A DNA stretch of 64,000 bases from Spirochaetia bacterium (lineage in GTDB: Bacteria > Spirochaetota > Spirochaetia > SP-2023): the NCBI GenBank assembly GCA_965263295.1, contig OZ253665.1:1120001-1184000 (forward strand), given 5' to 3'. The translations under genes were made by a program, and so were the position numbers. The notes below the pieces were generated by a model that was not told the origin of the DNA, did not search any database, and was given only the letters and a program-made list of their open reading frames with translations. Position 1 is the first letter of the stretch. Every line of letters starts with the position of its first letter. Shown piece by piece: positions 9,919 to 20,049 of this stretch.

Positions 9919-12765
9919 TTGGAACGCAAGCTACAACTTAGAAAGAACTTATGGCGTTGGGCTTTATTGTCAATCTTTTGCACCCTCGCAATTTTGAGCC
10001 TGTACTTGGCTTCATCGTCTTTGTGCCTAGAGGCACAAGAGGCTTCGACAGAGGCTACATCTCCGCGGCCTCTCCCACAAGACAAAGAAAAAACTCCCCA
10101 AAATATTGCCGAAACAGTTTCTCAGGCCGACTCAGGCAGTTCCCCAAGTCAGGCACTAGATAATTCACTGCCGGGCAAACCCAACTCAAAAGACGAAGCG
10201 GGGCGCCCCCGGATCCGGTTCCAAAGCGAATCAAAGCGAGAGCCTGTCATCCTGGAAGAGCCTGTCCTGGGATCGGACGAAGTCGAGATCCTCAGCGATA
10301 AAGTTTATCTGTACAGTTACTTTAATGTATTATTTAAAACACCCTTTGGACTCAATGAGGGTGTTCAGATCAACCTTGCGAGCAATCGCAACGATAAACA
10401 TGTACTCCGTACCGAAAAACTGGAGTATTCCCGCTACCAAGACCCAGAAGGGCGGGAGCACCGCGCCTTTATTTTGGGTTTTTATACCACCAGCACAGGT
10501 TTGCACCAGTTACCACGCCTGAATTTTCAAAGTACGACAAGCGGACGCAACTGGATTAGTCCGGCTTTGGCCTTTGCCTCCTTTCAGGTTGACGAAGGCA
10601 AACTGCCCCTGCCGGTAGCTGCCGAAATTAACCCGTTACCCGACCAAGTTTATCTGGGCCAAAATATCTTGCTCAACATCTGGGCCACACAAGTGGATGC
10701 AATCGACCAAAGCTTCTTGAATGAGAACCCAGAGTTCACCGGCTTCTTGATACAGAAAAGTCCGATCAAACCCAATGTCGAGCGTCTTCACATTATTGGC
10801 AAGGATGTCTATCGCGTCTCGTTGGGAACTTGGCTGCTCAACCCGATTGAACCGGGCTTACTACGTATCCCTGCCATCCCCGCGACTGTCATGGGCCTGC
10901 AGCGCCAGAGCCTAGCCCATCAACTTGAAGTTCTCCCTCTGCCGCCCAACCCTTATCAGCAGCGTCTGGAACAATCTAAGACGACGGCAGACAAGCAGAT
11001 TCCAGAAGAAAGTCTACGCTCATTAGTCCCTGCTGGCAAGACTTCCACGGGGACCGCAATCGGCCAGTTTAAAGTCTCTTTTCAACTACTCTCCAATCAG
11101 GAGCAAAACATCTACCGCCAAACCAAGCATCCCCAGAAGGCGGCAAACCGGTCAATCAAAAATCACAAGGAATACGCCACAGGCGATTTGATTCATGCGG
11201 CCTTGCGCATTACCGGACACGGGAACATCCATCTGGCCAACTTCCCCAAGCTGCGAATTCCCTCCAGCCTTAGGCAGCTGCAAAGTAATGAGAGCGAAGA
11301 ACTCAAACTTGATTTTGACCACGCGGAACTCTATGGCTGGCGCCAAAAAATATTGACCTTTAAAGCTAAAAACTCAGGCCAGTGTCTTATCGCCGTCGAT
11401 AGTCTACCTTACTTCGACCCCGAGTCAGGCAGCTGGCACAAGACTCTTCCCCAGGAACTGACTCTGCAAGTATTGAATCTAGCTACCCCGTCTTATTACG
11501 CCAACCTGGAAGACCTACATTTTTCTGACGCCACGGTATTATTTTTTAACCTTATGTTTTGGCTACAACAATACGCTTTTTATATTTGCCTAACAATCTT
11601 TGTCTTGACCAGCATTTATTTTTTGCCACAGCTGCCTAGCCTCCATTTCCTCAAGCAGTCGAAAAAGCGGCAGTATATCCGTAAAAATATCTACGTATGG
11701 CCGGCAACCACAGCCTTACAACAAAATACTAGAGATATTGCCCATAGTCTAAATAAGCTTCCCATCAACCATGACTTGAACGCGCCCAGGGCACTGCTAC
11801 AACGATTTAAACAGAGATTTTTATCGCTAGGTAGGCAATACCGCAGTTTACTCCTTGTGCTCCTCGCTTTGCTACTATTCGGGTCGTTCTATGGAATATC
11901 GACAGTCAAGAACCAAAAAGAACAGCAAAAAGTTCATCAGCATTATCTCAATATCCTGCGCCAACAGGTGATTCGACAAGCTCAGCAAAATGAAGACATT
12001 GACCCTGCGCAAATTGAAGCCCAACTCGGACAGCCACCATATTCCGTTGGTAAGCTGCCCAACATGGCGCTGCTGTTGTACCGCAATGGCCTACCCATTC
12101 AAGCCCTAGAATTAGCTTATCTAAGCTATTTCTACCAGCCTCTGCAAGCTGTTTCGCGCCGCCTAGTTTCATCCCTGCGCATTCAACAGGGCCTAGATCC
12201 CCGTTTACCCGATTTTTTCTTCTGGCCATTACAACTTCACCACATCTGGAAATATTTAGCTGTCGGCCTGTTTTTGTCGATTTCGCTATATTGCATTTTT
12301 TGCACGAAACAAAAGACTATAGAGTCCCTTGATGACGATATACCGGCAACAAAACCATCCGAATTTTCTCGCTACCACCCTCCACAAGATAACTGGCTGC
12401 GCCGACGTGTATTGCATACATACCGTAACTACACAATTATCTCAATGCTTCTCCTATTGAGCCTCAGTATCCCCTGGCACTTTTCTCTAGCTGTCAACAC
12501 ACGAGCTGACCTGCAACTGGAACCCATTCCCCACCGCGGCAGACACACCACTTTGATAGGCCCAAACCAAGGTAAACAAAAAAGCTGGAAAAATCGCTTG
12601 AACGCTGGTGAGCTTGTCAAGATCAAAGGCCGCAGCAGTCGTAGCCATAATGAAACAGCTGGATCCTCAGCCAAAAGTGAAACAATCTATACCCTAATTC
12701 TCGGAGAAAGACAGGATCAAGGCTGGGTGCGCGAACAGGATCTGTTTATCCTGCCCAAAAACTAG
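9919..12765 (+). CDS. batD: BatD family protein with extra TM segments and a C-terminal SH3-like (BatE-like) region
   Basis: Signal peptide; VYLGQ, AIGQF, ITGHGNI, YFDPESG BatD motifs; C-terminal AGELVKI...GWVR. Confidence 0.75.
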   Translation: MERKLQLRKNLWRWALLSIFCTLAILSLYLASSSLCLEAQEASTEATSPRPLPQDKEKTPQNIAETVSQADSGSSPSQALDNSLPGKPNSKDEAGRPRIRFQSESKREPVILEEPVLGSDEVEILSDKVYLYSYFNVLFKTPFGLNEGVQINLASNRNDKHVLRTEKLEYSRYQDPEGREHRAFILGFYTTSTGLHQLPRLNFQSTTSGRNWISPALAFASFQVDEGKLPLPVAAEINPLPDQVYLGQNILLNIWATQVDAIDQSFLNENPEFTGFLIQKSPIKPNVERLHIIGKDVYRVSLGTWLLNPIEPGLLRIPAIPATVMGLQRQSLAHQLEVLPLPPNPYQQRLEQSKTTADKQIPEESLRSLVPAGKTSTGTAIGQFKVSFQLLSNQEQNIYRQTKHPQKAANRSIKNHKEYATGDLIHAALRITGHGNIHLANFPKLRIPSSLRQLQSNESEELKLDFDHAELYGWRQKILTFKAKNSGQCLIAVDSLPYFDPESGSWHKTLPQELTLQVLNLATPSYYANLEDLHFSDATVLFFNLMFWLQQYAFYICLTIFVLTSIYFLPQLPSLHFLKQSKKRQYIRKNIYVWPATTALQQNTRDIAHSLNKLPINHDLNAPRALLQRFKQRFLSLGRQYRSLLLVLLALLLFGSFYGISTVKNQKEQQKVHQHYLNILRQQVIRQAQQNEDIDPAQIEAQLGQPPYSVGKLPNMALLLYRNGLPIQALELAYLSYFYQPLQAVSRRLVSSLRIQQGLDPRLPDFFFWPLQLHHIWKYLAVGLFLSISLYCIFCTKQKTIESLDDDIPATKPSEFSRYHPPQDNWLRRRVLHTYRNYTIISMLLLLSLSIPWHFSLAVNTRADLQLEPIPHRGRHTTLIGPNQGKQKSWKNRLNAGELVKIKGRSSRSHNETAGSSAKSETIYTLILGERQDQGWVREQDLFILPKN

Positions 12766-12780
12766 ACCCCAAAAACTAGA
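12754..12780. repeat. 14-nt-period duplication (CCCAAAAACTAGA x2) spanning the batD stop codon
   Basis: Copies at 12754-12766 and 12768-12780; TAG at 12763-12765. Confidence 0.9.
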
Positions 12781-12864
12781 TAAGGGATTAAGGCATTCCC
12801 ACTCTGGGGGTATTTTCAGTATACTGCTGCTCCAATTCTGGCTGGAGGCAGAGTAAAACTTTAT

Positions 12865-15429
12865 ATGGCACGCTACCCTTTTCATGAAATTGAACCGCGC
12901 TGGCAACAGTACTGGCAAGACAACAAAACTTTTGAAGTAAAAGAAAACTCTAATTTCCCGCCCGCAAAGCGCCGCTATATCCTGGATATGTTCCCTTATC
13001 CATCGGGCAGTGGCCTGCACGTCGGTCACCCTGAAGGTTATACCGCGACCGATATTTATTCGCGTTACTTGCGTATGAATGGTTACAATGTACTACATCC
13101 GATGGGCTTTGACTCTTTTGGCCTGCCGGCAGAGAACTATGCCATTAAGACAGGCACTCACCCACAGTTGACGACAGAACAAAATATTAAGCGCTTTCGC
13201 GAGCAGATTCGTTCCTTGGGCCTGAGTTATGACTGGAGCCGCGAAGTTATTACCAGTGAGCCAGATTACTACAAATGGACACAGTGGATTTTTATCCAAT
13301 TGTTTAAAAAAGGCTTGGCCTATGAAACCAAGGCACCGATTAACTGGTGCACCTCTTGCAAGACGGGTCTGGCCAACGAAGAAGTCGAAAACGGTCATTG
13401 TGAACGCTGTGGCAGTCGAGTTGAACGCCGAAATTTGCGCCAGTGGGTACTAAAAATCAAAGTCTATGCTGAACGCCTACTGCAAGACTTGGAACTACTT
13501 GACTGGCCCAGTTCGGTAAAGACTATGCAAGAAAACTGGATCGGCCGCAGTGAAGGGGCAGAAGTCGATTTCCCGCTGTCTGAAGATCGTTCTAAGAAAC
13601 TGCGCGTCTTTACCACTCGCCCCGATACTTTGTACGGGGCGACATACATGGTAATCGCCCCCGAGCACCCATGGGTAACAAGATTAACGACAGCCCAGCA
13701 GGCACAGAATGTCGAACAGTACATCAGTGCAGTGTCGCATAAGTCTGACCTGGAACGCACCGATCTGGCCAAAGACAAGAGTGGCGTATTCACCGGCTCC
13801 TATGCTATTAACCCAATGACAGGTAAGGAAATACCTATTTGGATCGCCGATTATATCTTAATTTCGTATGGTACTGGGGCAATTATGGCTGTACCGGCCC
13901 ACGACCAGCGCGATTGGGACTTTGCGCAAAAGTTTGGACTGCCGATTGTCGAAGTTGTCAAAGGTGGAAATATCCATGAGGAAGCCTTTAGCGCCGATGG
14001 ACCACACGTCAACTCCGCTGCCCTGAACGGCCTGAACAAATCAGCTGCCATCGCTAAGGCCATTGAGCTGCTTGAGTGGCGCGGCTTGGGCAAGCGCACT
14101 GTCCAATACAAGCTCAGCGACTGGCTTTTTAGCCGGCAGCGTTACTGGGGAGAGCCCATTCCCATAGTCCACTGCCCAGAATGTGGCAGCGTAAGCCTGC
14201 CCGTAGAAGAGCTGCCTTTGCGCCTCCCTGAAGTCGAAAGCTACCAGCCAACAGACACAGGTGAGTCTCCACTTGCGGCCATAGAAGACTGGGTAAACTG
14301 TCAATGCCCTAAATGTGGCACTCCAGCTCGCCGAGAGACCAATACCATGCCACAATGGGCGGGGTCATGCTGGTACTACCTGCGCTACCTCAGCCCCAAG
14401 GATCAACAGCATTTTGTCGATCCGGCAGCTGAAAAATACTGGATGCCGGTCGATCTGTATATCGGCGGAGCTGAACACGCCGTATTGCACCTGCTCTATG
14501 CACGCTTCTGGCACAAGGTACTCTACGACTTGGGCCTAGTACAAAATAAAGAGCCCTTCCAGCGCCTCGTCAATCAAGGCATGATCTTGGGAGAAATGGA
14601 GTTCAGCCGTGAAATTGATGGCCAAACTGTCAAGCTAACCGAAGATCAGGTAGTCAAAAAAGGCAATGACTTTGTGCTCAAAGAAAGTCCCGAAATCAAA
14701 GTGCGGGCCCAGGCTGAAAAAATGTCGAAAAGCCGGGGCAATGTCATTAACCCCGATGACGTTATTGCCGAGTATGGCGCAGATACCTTGCGCCTGTACG
14801 AAATGTTTATGGGACCTTTGCAAATGGTCAAACCCTGGGCCACTGGTGGGCTTGCCGGCATGCATCGGTTTTTAAATCGGATGTGGAACATTGGCCAGAA
14901 ACCTTTACGCAGCGAAAACCTTGAGAAACTATTCGGGCCAGCTGAAGCCAATGGATTACTCCGCCTGCTGCATCAAACTATTAAAAAGGTTACGCAGGAT
15001 ACCGAGAACCTCAACTTCAATACCGCCATTTCGCAAATGATGATTCTAAGTAATAAAATGTCTTCTCTTGAGGTTTGCCCGCTGAAACTCTGGCAGCCAT
15101 TCTTGTTATTGTTAAGCCCCTACGCGCCGCATTTATGCGAGGAACTCTGGCAAATGAGCTCACAGTTTGAAGGCAAAAGGCAAAAAACTTTGGCATATGA
15201 GGCTTGGCCCACCTGGAGCGAGACCTTATGCCAAGAGAATCAAAAAGAAATTGTCTTTCAAGTTGACGGCAAACTGCGCAGCAAGGCAATGCTAAGTCCC
15301 CGTGCGAGCAAAGAAGAGCTTGCTGCTGCAGCCCAAGCCGACCCGAAGGTTCAAGAACAGCTCTGCGGCAAGACAATCCACAAGAAAATTGTCGTACCTG
15401 GCCGCTTAGTCAATATTGTAACCAGATAA
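12865..15429 (+). CDS. leuS: Leucine--tRNA ligase
   Basis: MFPYPSG.GLHVGH, FTTRPDT editing domain, SRQRYWG, KMSKS. Confidence 0.98.
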   Translation: MARYPFHEIEPRWQQYWQDNKTFEVKENSNFPPAKRRYILDMFPYPSGSGLHVGHPEGYTATDIYSRYLRMNGYNVLHPMGFDSFGLPAENYAIKTGTHPQLTTEQNIKRFREQIRSLGLSYDWSREVITSEPDYYKWTQWIFIQLFKKGLAYETKAPINWCTSCKTGLANEEVENGHCERCGSRVERRNLRQWVLKIKVYAERLLQDLELLDWPSSVKTMQENWIGRSEGAEVDFPLSEDRSKKLRVFTTRPDTLYGATYMVIAPEHPWVTRLTTAQQAQNVEQYISAVSHKSDLERTDLAKDKSGVFTGSYAINPMTGKEIPIWIADYILISYGTGAIMAVPAHDQRDWDFAQKFGLPIVEVVKGGNIHEEAFSADGPHVNSAALNGLNKSAAIAKAIELLEWRGLGKRTVQYKLSDWLFSRQRYWGEPIPIVHCPECGSVSLPVEELPLRLPEVESYQPTDTGESPLAAIEDWVNCQCPKCGTPARRETNTMPQWAGSCWYYLRYLSPKDQQHFVDPAAEKYWMPVDLYIGGAEHAVLHLLYARFWHKVLYDLGLVQNKEPFQRLVNQGMILGEMEFSREIDGQTVKLTEDQVVKKGNDFVLKESPEIKVRAQAEKMSKSRGNVINPDDVIAEYGADTLRLYEMFMGPLQMVKPWATGGLAGMHRFLNRMWNIGQKPLRSENLEKLFGPAEANGLLRLLHQTIKKVTQDTENLNFNTAISQMMILSNKMSSLEVCPLKLWQPFLLLLSPYAPHLCEELWQMSSQFEGKRQKTLAYEAWPTWSETLCQENQKEIVFQVDGKLRSKAMLSPRASKEELAAAAQADPKVQEQLCGKTIHKKIVVPGRLVNIVTR

Positions 15430-15457
15430 ATGATTTGTCAGCAAAAGGAAGACAAGC

Positions 15458-16525
15458 TTAAGCTTCTTCTAGTTCTTTGCGGAAATTGATATGATCCCCG
15501 CGGCCCATATCAATTTCAAAGCCGGCATTTCGGATACGCCCCTGAATGCAGAAACGGCAATGTTCAGCCTTGTCCTTGACACAAATTTTATCTGGATAGA
15601 GCTCATACTTTGGCCGAACCTCTGGGGGGCTAATATTAGGCATCATAACATTTGCTCCGGCGCGCAGGCCCTTCTCGCGGCCAATCGGATCAAGAGAGCC
15701 CAAGGCTGTCGTGGCTGGAATTAGAGTCTCCGGTAGGAGTAAGCGCACTAGAGCTGTCATATCCAGCACAGTCTGCAAGTCGCCGCCACCCTGCTGCCAC
15801 AACGGTGTCGCTTCATGGGGAATAAAGGGGCCAACCCCCACCATGTGAAAACCATAACTCTTAGCCAAACGCAAATTCTTGACTAAAGTCTGTCGAGTTT
15901 CCCCTGGCAAACCGACCAAGAAACCAGAGCCCGTCTGAAATCCCGCCGCAAAGAGGGCTTCCAGATGCTCCAGCCTTTTGGCCAGGGTATAACCCGGGTG
16001 GAAGCGTTGATACAATTCTTCATCGGCAGTTTCAAAGCGCATTAAGTAGCGATCCCAGCCCGCTTTGAAGAGAACGGGATAAGCGTCCAAGGCAAACTCA
16101 CCAGCAGATAAAGTTAAAGCCACTTGCGGGAACTGGGCCTTAATCATTGATGCCATTTCGCAGTAATCGCCTAACTTATAACAGGGGTCCTCTCCGGCCT
16201 GAAACACAAAAGTACGATAGCCGAGAAAAAAACCAACTTGGCAAGCCTGAAGCATATCTTCTTGACACAGGCGGTAGCGCTCAAGCTTTGTATTGAACTT
16301 GAAAATACCACAATATTGGCAATTGCGCCGGCAATGGTTGCTGAATTCCAAGAGGCCGCGCAGGAAAATCCCTTTGCCATAAACTTCTTCTTTCTTATCA
16401 CGGGCAACCGTGTACAGTTGCATGCGCTCTGCCGAATTAATATTCTGCAGCAGAAAAAACAGTTCCTCGTCACTGAGATCACTCGTCCGAAAAACTTTAT
16501 CAATCAGACGCAGGCATTTGCTCAT
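15458..16525 (-). CDS. hydE: [FeFe]-hydrogenase maturation radical SAM protein HydE-like
   Basis: RGLLEFSNHCRRNCQYCG (CX3CX2C), GPFIPH..TP, PATTAL, GANVMMPN, YELY and C-terminal CX7CX2C. Confidence 0.88.
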   Translation of the reverse strand: MSKCLRLIDKVFRTSDLSDEELFFLLQNINSAERMQLYTVARDKKEEVYGKGIFLRGLLEFSNHCRRNCQYCGIFKFNTKLERYRLCQEDMLQACQVGFFLGYRTFVFQAGEDPCYKLGDYCEMASMIKAQFPQVALTLSAGEFALDAYPVLFKAGWDRYLMRFETADEELYQRFHPGYTLAKRLEHLEALFAAGFQTGSGFLVGLPGETRQTLVKNLRLAKSYGFHMVGVGPFIPHEATPLWQQGGGDLQTVLDMTALVRLLLPETLIPATTALGSLDPIGREKGLRAGANVMMPNISPPEVRPKYELYPDKICVKDKAEHCRFCIQGRIRNAGFEIDMGRGDHINFRKELEEA

Positions 16526-16950
16526 TTACAGACACATCCCGTACCACAGCCCGAACTGCGGCCCTGATGTTCGTCGTCGTCAAGGACGCGAAAAATCTCT
16601 GGCCGGGTATCGGGTAGGAACTTCTGACTCAAAGCAAAAATGCCGATACCCAAAGGTAAACCCATCAAAGAGAACACCACCTGTTGGGCCGTACTCACAT
16701 TAGTGGATTGTAAAAATTGTGCAATGCCGATAATCAGTAGTACCGGCAGCATTAAAAGCAAAAACACATCAAGGAGTCCACGCCCAGAAGAATAGGTCAC
16801 CTCAACCCAGTTGCCCTGCTGCAAAGGTAAAGAATTTGTGTTGCGAATCCAGAAACTGCGTTCTTTTTGCCCCAAAAACGAACGCACTGGCTCGGCACTG
16901 AGCTGGACCTGCTTACCTTGAATACTGGTAACTTGTAACTGCTGTATCAT
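16522..16950 (-). CDS. RseC/MucC-like membrane protein with Cys-rich tail
   Basis: N-terminal beta domain (LQQGNWVEV), two TMs, PEI motif, tail GCGTGCVCK; AAGGAG RBS; stop overlaps the hydE start. Confidence 0.55.
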   Translation of the reverse strand: MIQQLQVTSIQGKQVQLSAEPVRSFLGQKERSFWIRNTNSLPLQQGNWVEVTYSSGRGLLDVFLLLMLPVLLIIGIAQFLQSTNVSTAQQVVFSLMGLPLGIGIFALSQKFLPDTRPEIFRVLDDDEHQGRSSGCGTGCVCK

Positions 16951-17000
16951 CTCAAACTCCTTCTCCTGTAAACAGGAAGTATTATTTTAACTACCACCAA

Positions 17001-17028
17001 ATTATAATAAAGGCATAGGAGATGTCAA
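17001..17028 (-). promoter_or_regulatory. Consensus sigma70 promoter for rseC-like/hydE
   Basis: TTGACA-16 nt-TATAAT on the minus strand. Confidence 0.75.
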
Positions 17029-17069
17029 ATGCAGAAAATGAGTGGATTGCCATGAATATAGGCCATTGA

Positions 17070-18296
17070 TCAATAAACCTGCACAGAAAAAGTTACAAAC
17101 GCATAGTTGTCATTATCTTCAAGAGAGCTTCTCATAATATCCTGTAATTTTGCCGCGTTGGCCTCGGCAGCACTCTCTTGTCCCTCCTGCTCTGTGCTCA
17201 GGTTCTCACTGGTCAAACCAGCATCTTTGCCGCTAGCAACTTCTACCCGGTCTGGCAGTTCAGGCAGACGGAAAATGCGCAAGGTCAACAATAGGTGTTT
17301 AGCATCTGGCGACAATGAAATAAATACTGGTTGTATATTGAGTTCACTCTCCTGAAGCAAATTGCGCTGCAGCAAAGTGTTCCAGTTCTGCTGAAAATTG
17401 TAGCGGTGCGGGAAACCCTGTGATTGCACCGCTATAATTTTTCCTCTCAACGAGTTGCTGCTATCCAAGCGCAGTTGACGCAATTGAAAAACCGTCGTAT
17501 TAGCATTGCGTGTGACGGTGTAAACGCGCTCCAAAATATTCGGGGAACGGCCTTGTTCTTGTAACTCTTCCTGCTGTTGCCGCTGGATCTGTGTCAGCTC
17601 CTCAATCGCCACATCAAAATCATGGACACCAAATGGCCTAAATTCTTGTCCAATATCCATTCTGCCCTTTGCCAGAGTCATTTCACCTAAAGTAATATTG
17701 TCGCGGTAAGTCCCTGAAATTTCTCCCTGCTCTATACTTGCAGACTGCGAGGGCCACAAGACCTGACCCTCCTGTGGAGATAACAATACCTCGCCTTGCT
17801 CCAACGCTTCAATCTGGAACTTGCGCAACTCTCGACTTTCACGACGGAGTAAATCCTGCATAATGAAGCGAGCCGGCAGCTCCGAGCGCAAGGCTAAATT
17901 GCGGCGCAAAATACGCTCAAGGACCACCTCATCCTGAACTCCGTTTAAATGCAGGACTTGCAAACGGGCGAAGAAATGACTCTCGCTTTGAGCCAGATCG
18001 TGCTCAACACCATAGCTAATACCAGCATAAAAGCGACCGTCAGCAGAAAACCCCACACTTTCCCATTGGTGGAAATTGAACCGAGAAGGCTCGTCGCCAA
18101 GTTGAGCTGGAGTATCCTGGGCCTTCAGATAAGGTGCCCCTAAACCGTTTAAGACCGAGACCATTAAAGCTAAAGCCAGCATCAGTAATGCATTGCGAGA
18201 AGGCAAAGGTATCGTCCGTCGATAGCAAAAGCACCTGCGCGACATTGACAATGAAGATAGTGGTTCGCAAAAGTTTGCTGACAAGGCAGGCCTCAT
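17070..18296 (-). CDS. Secreted hypothetical protein with DUF2259-like N-terminal motif
   Basis: Hydrophobic signal segment followed by VGFSADGRFY...YG; later LSPDAKHLLL. Confidence 0.55.
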   Translation of the reverse strand: MRPALSANFCEPLSSLSMSRRCFCYRRTIPLPSRNALLMLALALMVSVLNGLGAPYLKAQDTPAQLGDEPSRFNFHQWESVGFSADGRFYAGISYGVEHDLAQSESHFFARLQVLHLNGVQDEVVLERILRRNLALRSELPARFIMQDLLRRESRELRKFQIEALEQGEVLLSPQEGQVLWPSQSASIEQGEISGTYRDNITLGEMTLAKGRMDIGQEFRPFGVHDFDVAIEELTQIQRQQQEELQEQGRSPNILERVYTVTRNANTTVFQLRQLRLDSSNSLRGKIIAVQSQGFPHRYNFQQNWNTLLQRNLLQESELNIQPVFISLSPDAKHLLLTLRIFRLPELPDRVEVASGKDAGLTSENLSTEQEGQESAAEANAAKLQDIMRSSLEDNDNYAFVTFSVQVY

Positions 18297-18461
18297 TTTA
18301 GCTGATAATATAGTGATTCAAGATTCTAGTAATAGAATACCAGTGCACGAATTCTAGCAGTTTTACTTTACTTAAACCCACAATAAATGCAACAATAAAA
18401 TAATTAGCTCTGCGATTGTCGGATATTCTTACAAGTTTACGGCAAGCTGGCTAGAACTTTT

Positions 18462-18704
18462 TTAAAAAGGCATCTCCATGCCTATGGCATTTACTTCGGT
18501 GATTTCAGGCAAGCGACTCATCAGATAGCGCTCCACGCCCTGTTTCAAAGTCATCAAAGACATTGGGCAACCCTGGCAGGCCCCCTCCATACGTACGATC
18601 ACTTCGCCGTTTTCCTTCACTTCCACTAGCTGGATGTCGCCACCATCTCCTTGTAAAGCGGGACGAATCTCTTGAAGAACTTCGTTTACTTCATCAAAAA
18701 CCAT
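18462..18704 (-). CDS. Stand-alone NifU C-terminal (Nfu) domain Fe-S carrier
   Basis: IRPALQGDGGDIQLV...GACQGCPMS.MTLK.GVE; GGAGG RBS. Confidence 0.93.
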   Translation of the reverse strand: MVFDEVNEVLQEIRPALQGDGGDIQLVEVKENGEVIVRMEGACQGCPMSLMTLKQGVERYLMSRLPEITEVNAIGMEMPF

Positions 18705-18848
18705 ACAAATTTAATTCCTCCATTAAAAATAGAGGCTAGTAAGCGCAGGAAATTACCTTAGCTGCAGACTGCCTCCTAGATTTTTATATACGAAAACGAA
18801 TCAGCTGGCGAGGGACGAACATACCGAAAACGAGAGACTATTTTTTCT

Positions 18849-20012
18849 CTATGAGAAACGATCGTAGTATATACGATCTTCGGCAATACCTTCTTCCACC
18901 AAAATAGCCGAACAGCTATCAATCATCAAAGGACTACCACAGAGATAACCTTCACGATCACGCTTTTCGATTTTTTCTTGTAAATAATGACGCAAGACGT
19001 GGTCAATACGGTCATGCTCCAAAAGGCTCTTAGGACCAAGCGCAGCTTCATCCCACTCTGTCGGCTCCTGCAGCTCCTGGTCTGACAAGGCCAAGATAAA
19101 GTGAAACTTGGGCCATCTTTGTTCCAGTTCACGCATTTCCTTTAAGTAATAAATGTCGCGATAGTTACGACAGCCAAAGAAGTACCAGACTTCCTTGTCA
19201 AACATGGCCTTCTCTTCCATATCGCGCAGGATTGAACGGAAGGGAGCCATGCCGGAACCACCGGCAATACAGACCATTGTGGCATCGGTATCACGGCGAT
19301 AAAAATCGCCAAAAGGGCCAATTACATCAATCGGCATATGTTTTTTCATATGGTGGTGGATATAAGTGGTGGCGATGCCATTGGGGACATAGCGAATAAG
19401 GAATTCAGCACAATTCTTATCTGAAGGTGGAGAAGAAATCGAATAAGCACGCATGGTGGTACCTTTAAATGCCATTTCCCCCTTCTTGAGGGCCTTGTAG
19501 GCAGGAATTACCAACTGCATATACATGCCGGCCTTAAAGGTAGTTGGCTTGTCCAGATTCAGGTACAATTCCGCAATGTCGTAGGTCTGCAGCTCCAAGC
19601 TCTCCACTGTCGCCTTGTACTCCTGGACATTGAACAAATCTTCGGGAATCTCAATGTCAATATCCTTCTTAACCTTGATCTGACAAGCGAGGCGGACATT
19701 ATTGGCCTTCTCTTCTGCCTCCATATAAGGAGCCTCGGTCGGCAAAAGGGGACCGACATCAGACTTTACAACGGTCTTGCAGGCACCACAACTGCCCTTG
19801 CCCCCACAGGCCGAAGGAATGAAGATTTTTTCCTGCGCGAGACTGCGCAAGAGAGGGGCGCCACCCTTTACCGTCAAATCCTTTGTATGACTATTAATAT
19901 TGATTACAACATCCCCATAGTTATTGACAATTCCGTCGAGTATGGAGATCAGCAAACCCAAGATTGCGACCACGGCCCCTACCACTAGAGGGGCTATAAT
20001 AAAAGCTCCCAT
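18849..20012 (-). CDS. nqrF: NqrF-like membrane-anchored 2Fe-2S/FAD NADH oxidoreductase
   Basis: N-terminal TM, SACGGKGSCGAC...RLACQ, RAYSISS, AGGSGMAP, YLCG, C-terminal YYDRF. Confidence 0.8.
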   Translation of the reverse strand: MGAFIIAPLVVGAVVAILGLLISILDGIVNNYGDVVININSHTKDLTVKGGAPLLRSLAQEKIFIPSACGGKGSCGACKTVVKSDVGPLLPTEAPYMEAEEKANNVRLACQIKVKKDIDIEIPEDLFNVQEYKATVESLELQTYDIAELYLNLDKPTTFKAGMYMQLVIPAYKALKKGEMAFKGTTMRAYSISSPPSDKNCAEFLIRYVPNGIATTYIHHHMKKHMPIDVIGPFGDFYRRDTDATMVCIAGGSGMAPFRSILRDMEEKAMFDKEVWYFFGCRNYRDIYYLKEMRELEQRWPKFHFILALSDQELQEPTEWDEAALGPKSLLEHDRIDHVLRHYLQEKIEKRDREGYLCGSPLMIDSCSAILVEEGIAEDRIYYDRFS

Positions 20013-20049
20013 AAAAAACCTTCCTTTTTATCCTTTGTGATTTACGAAC

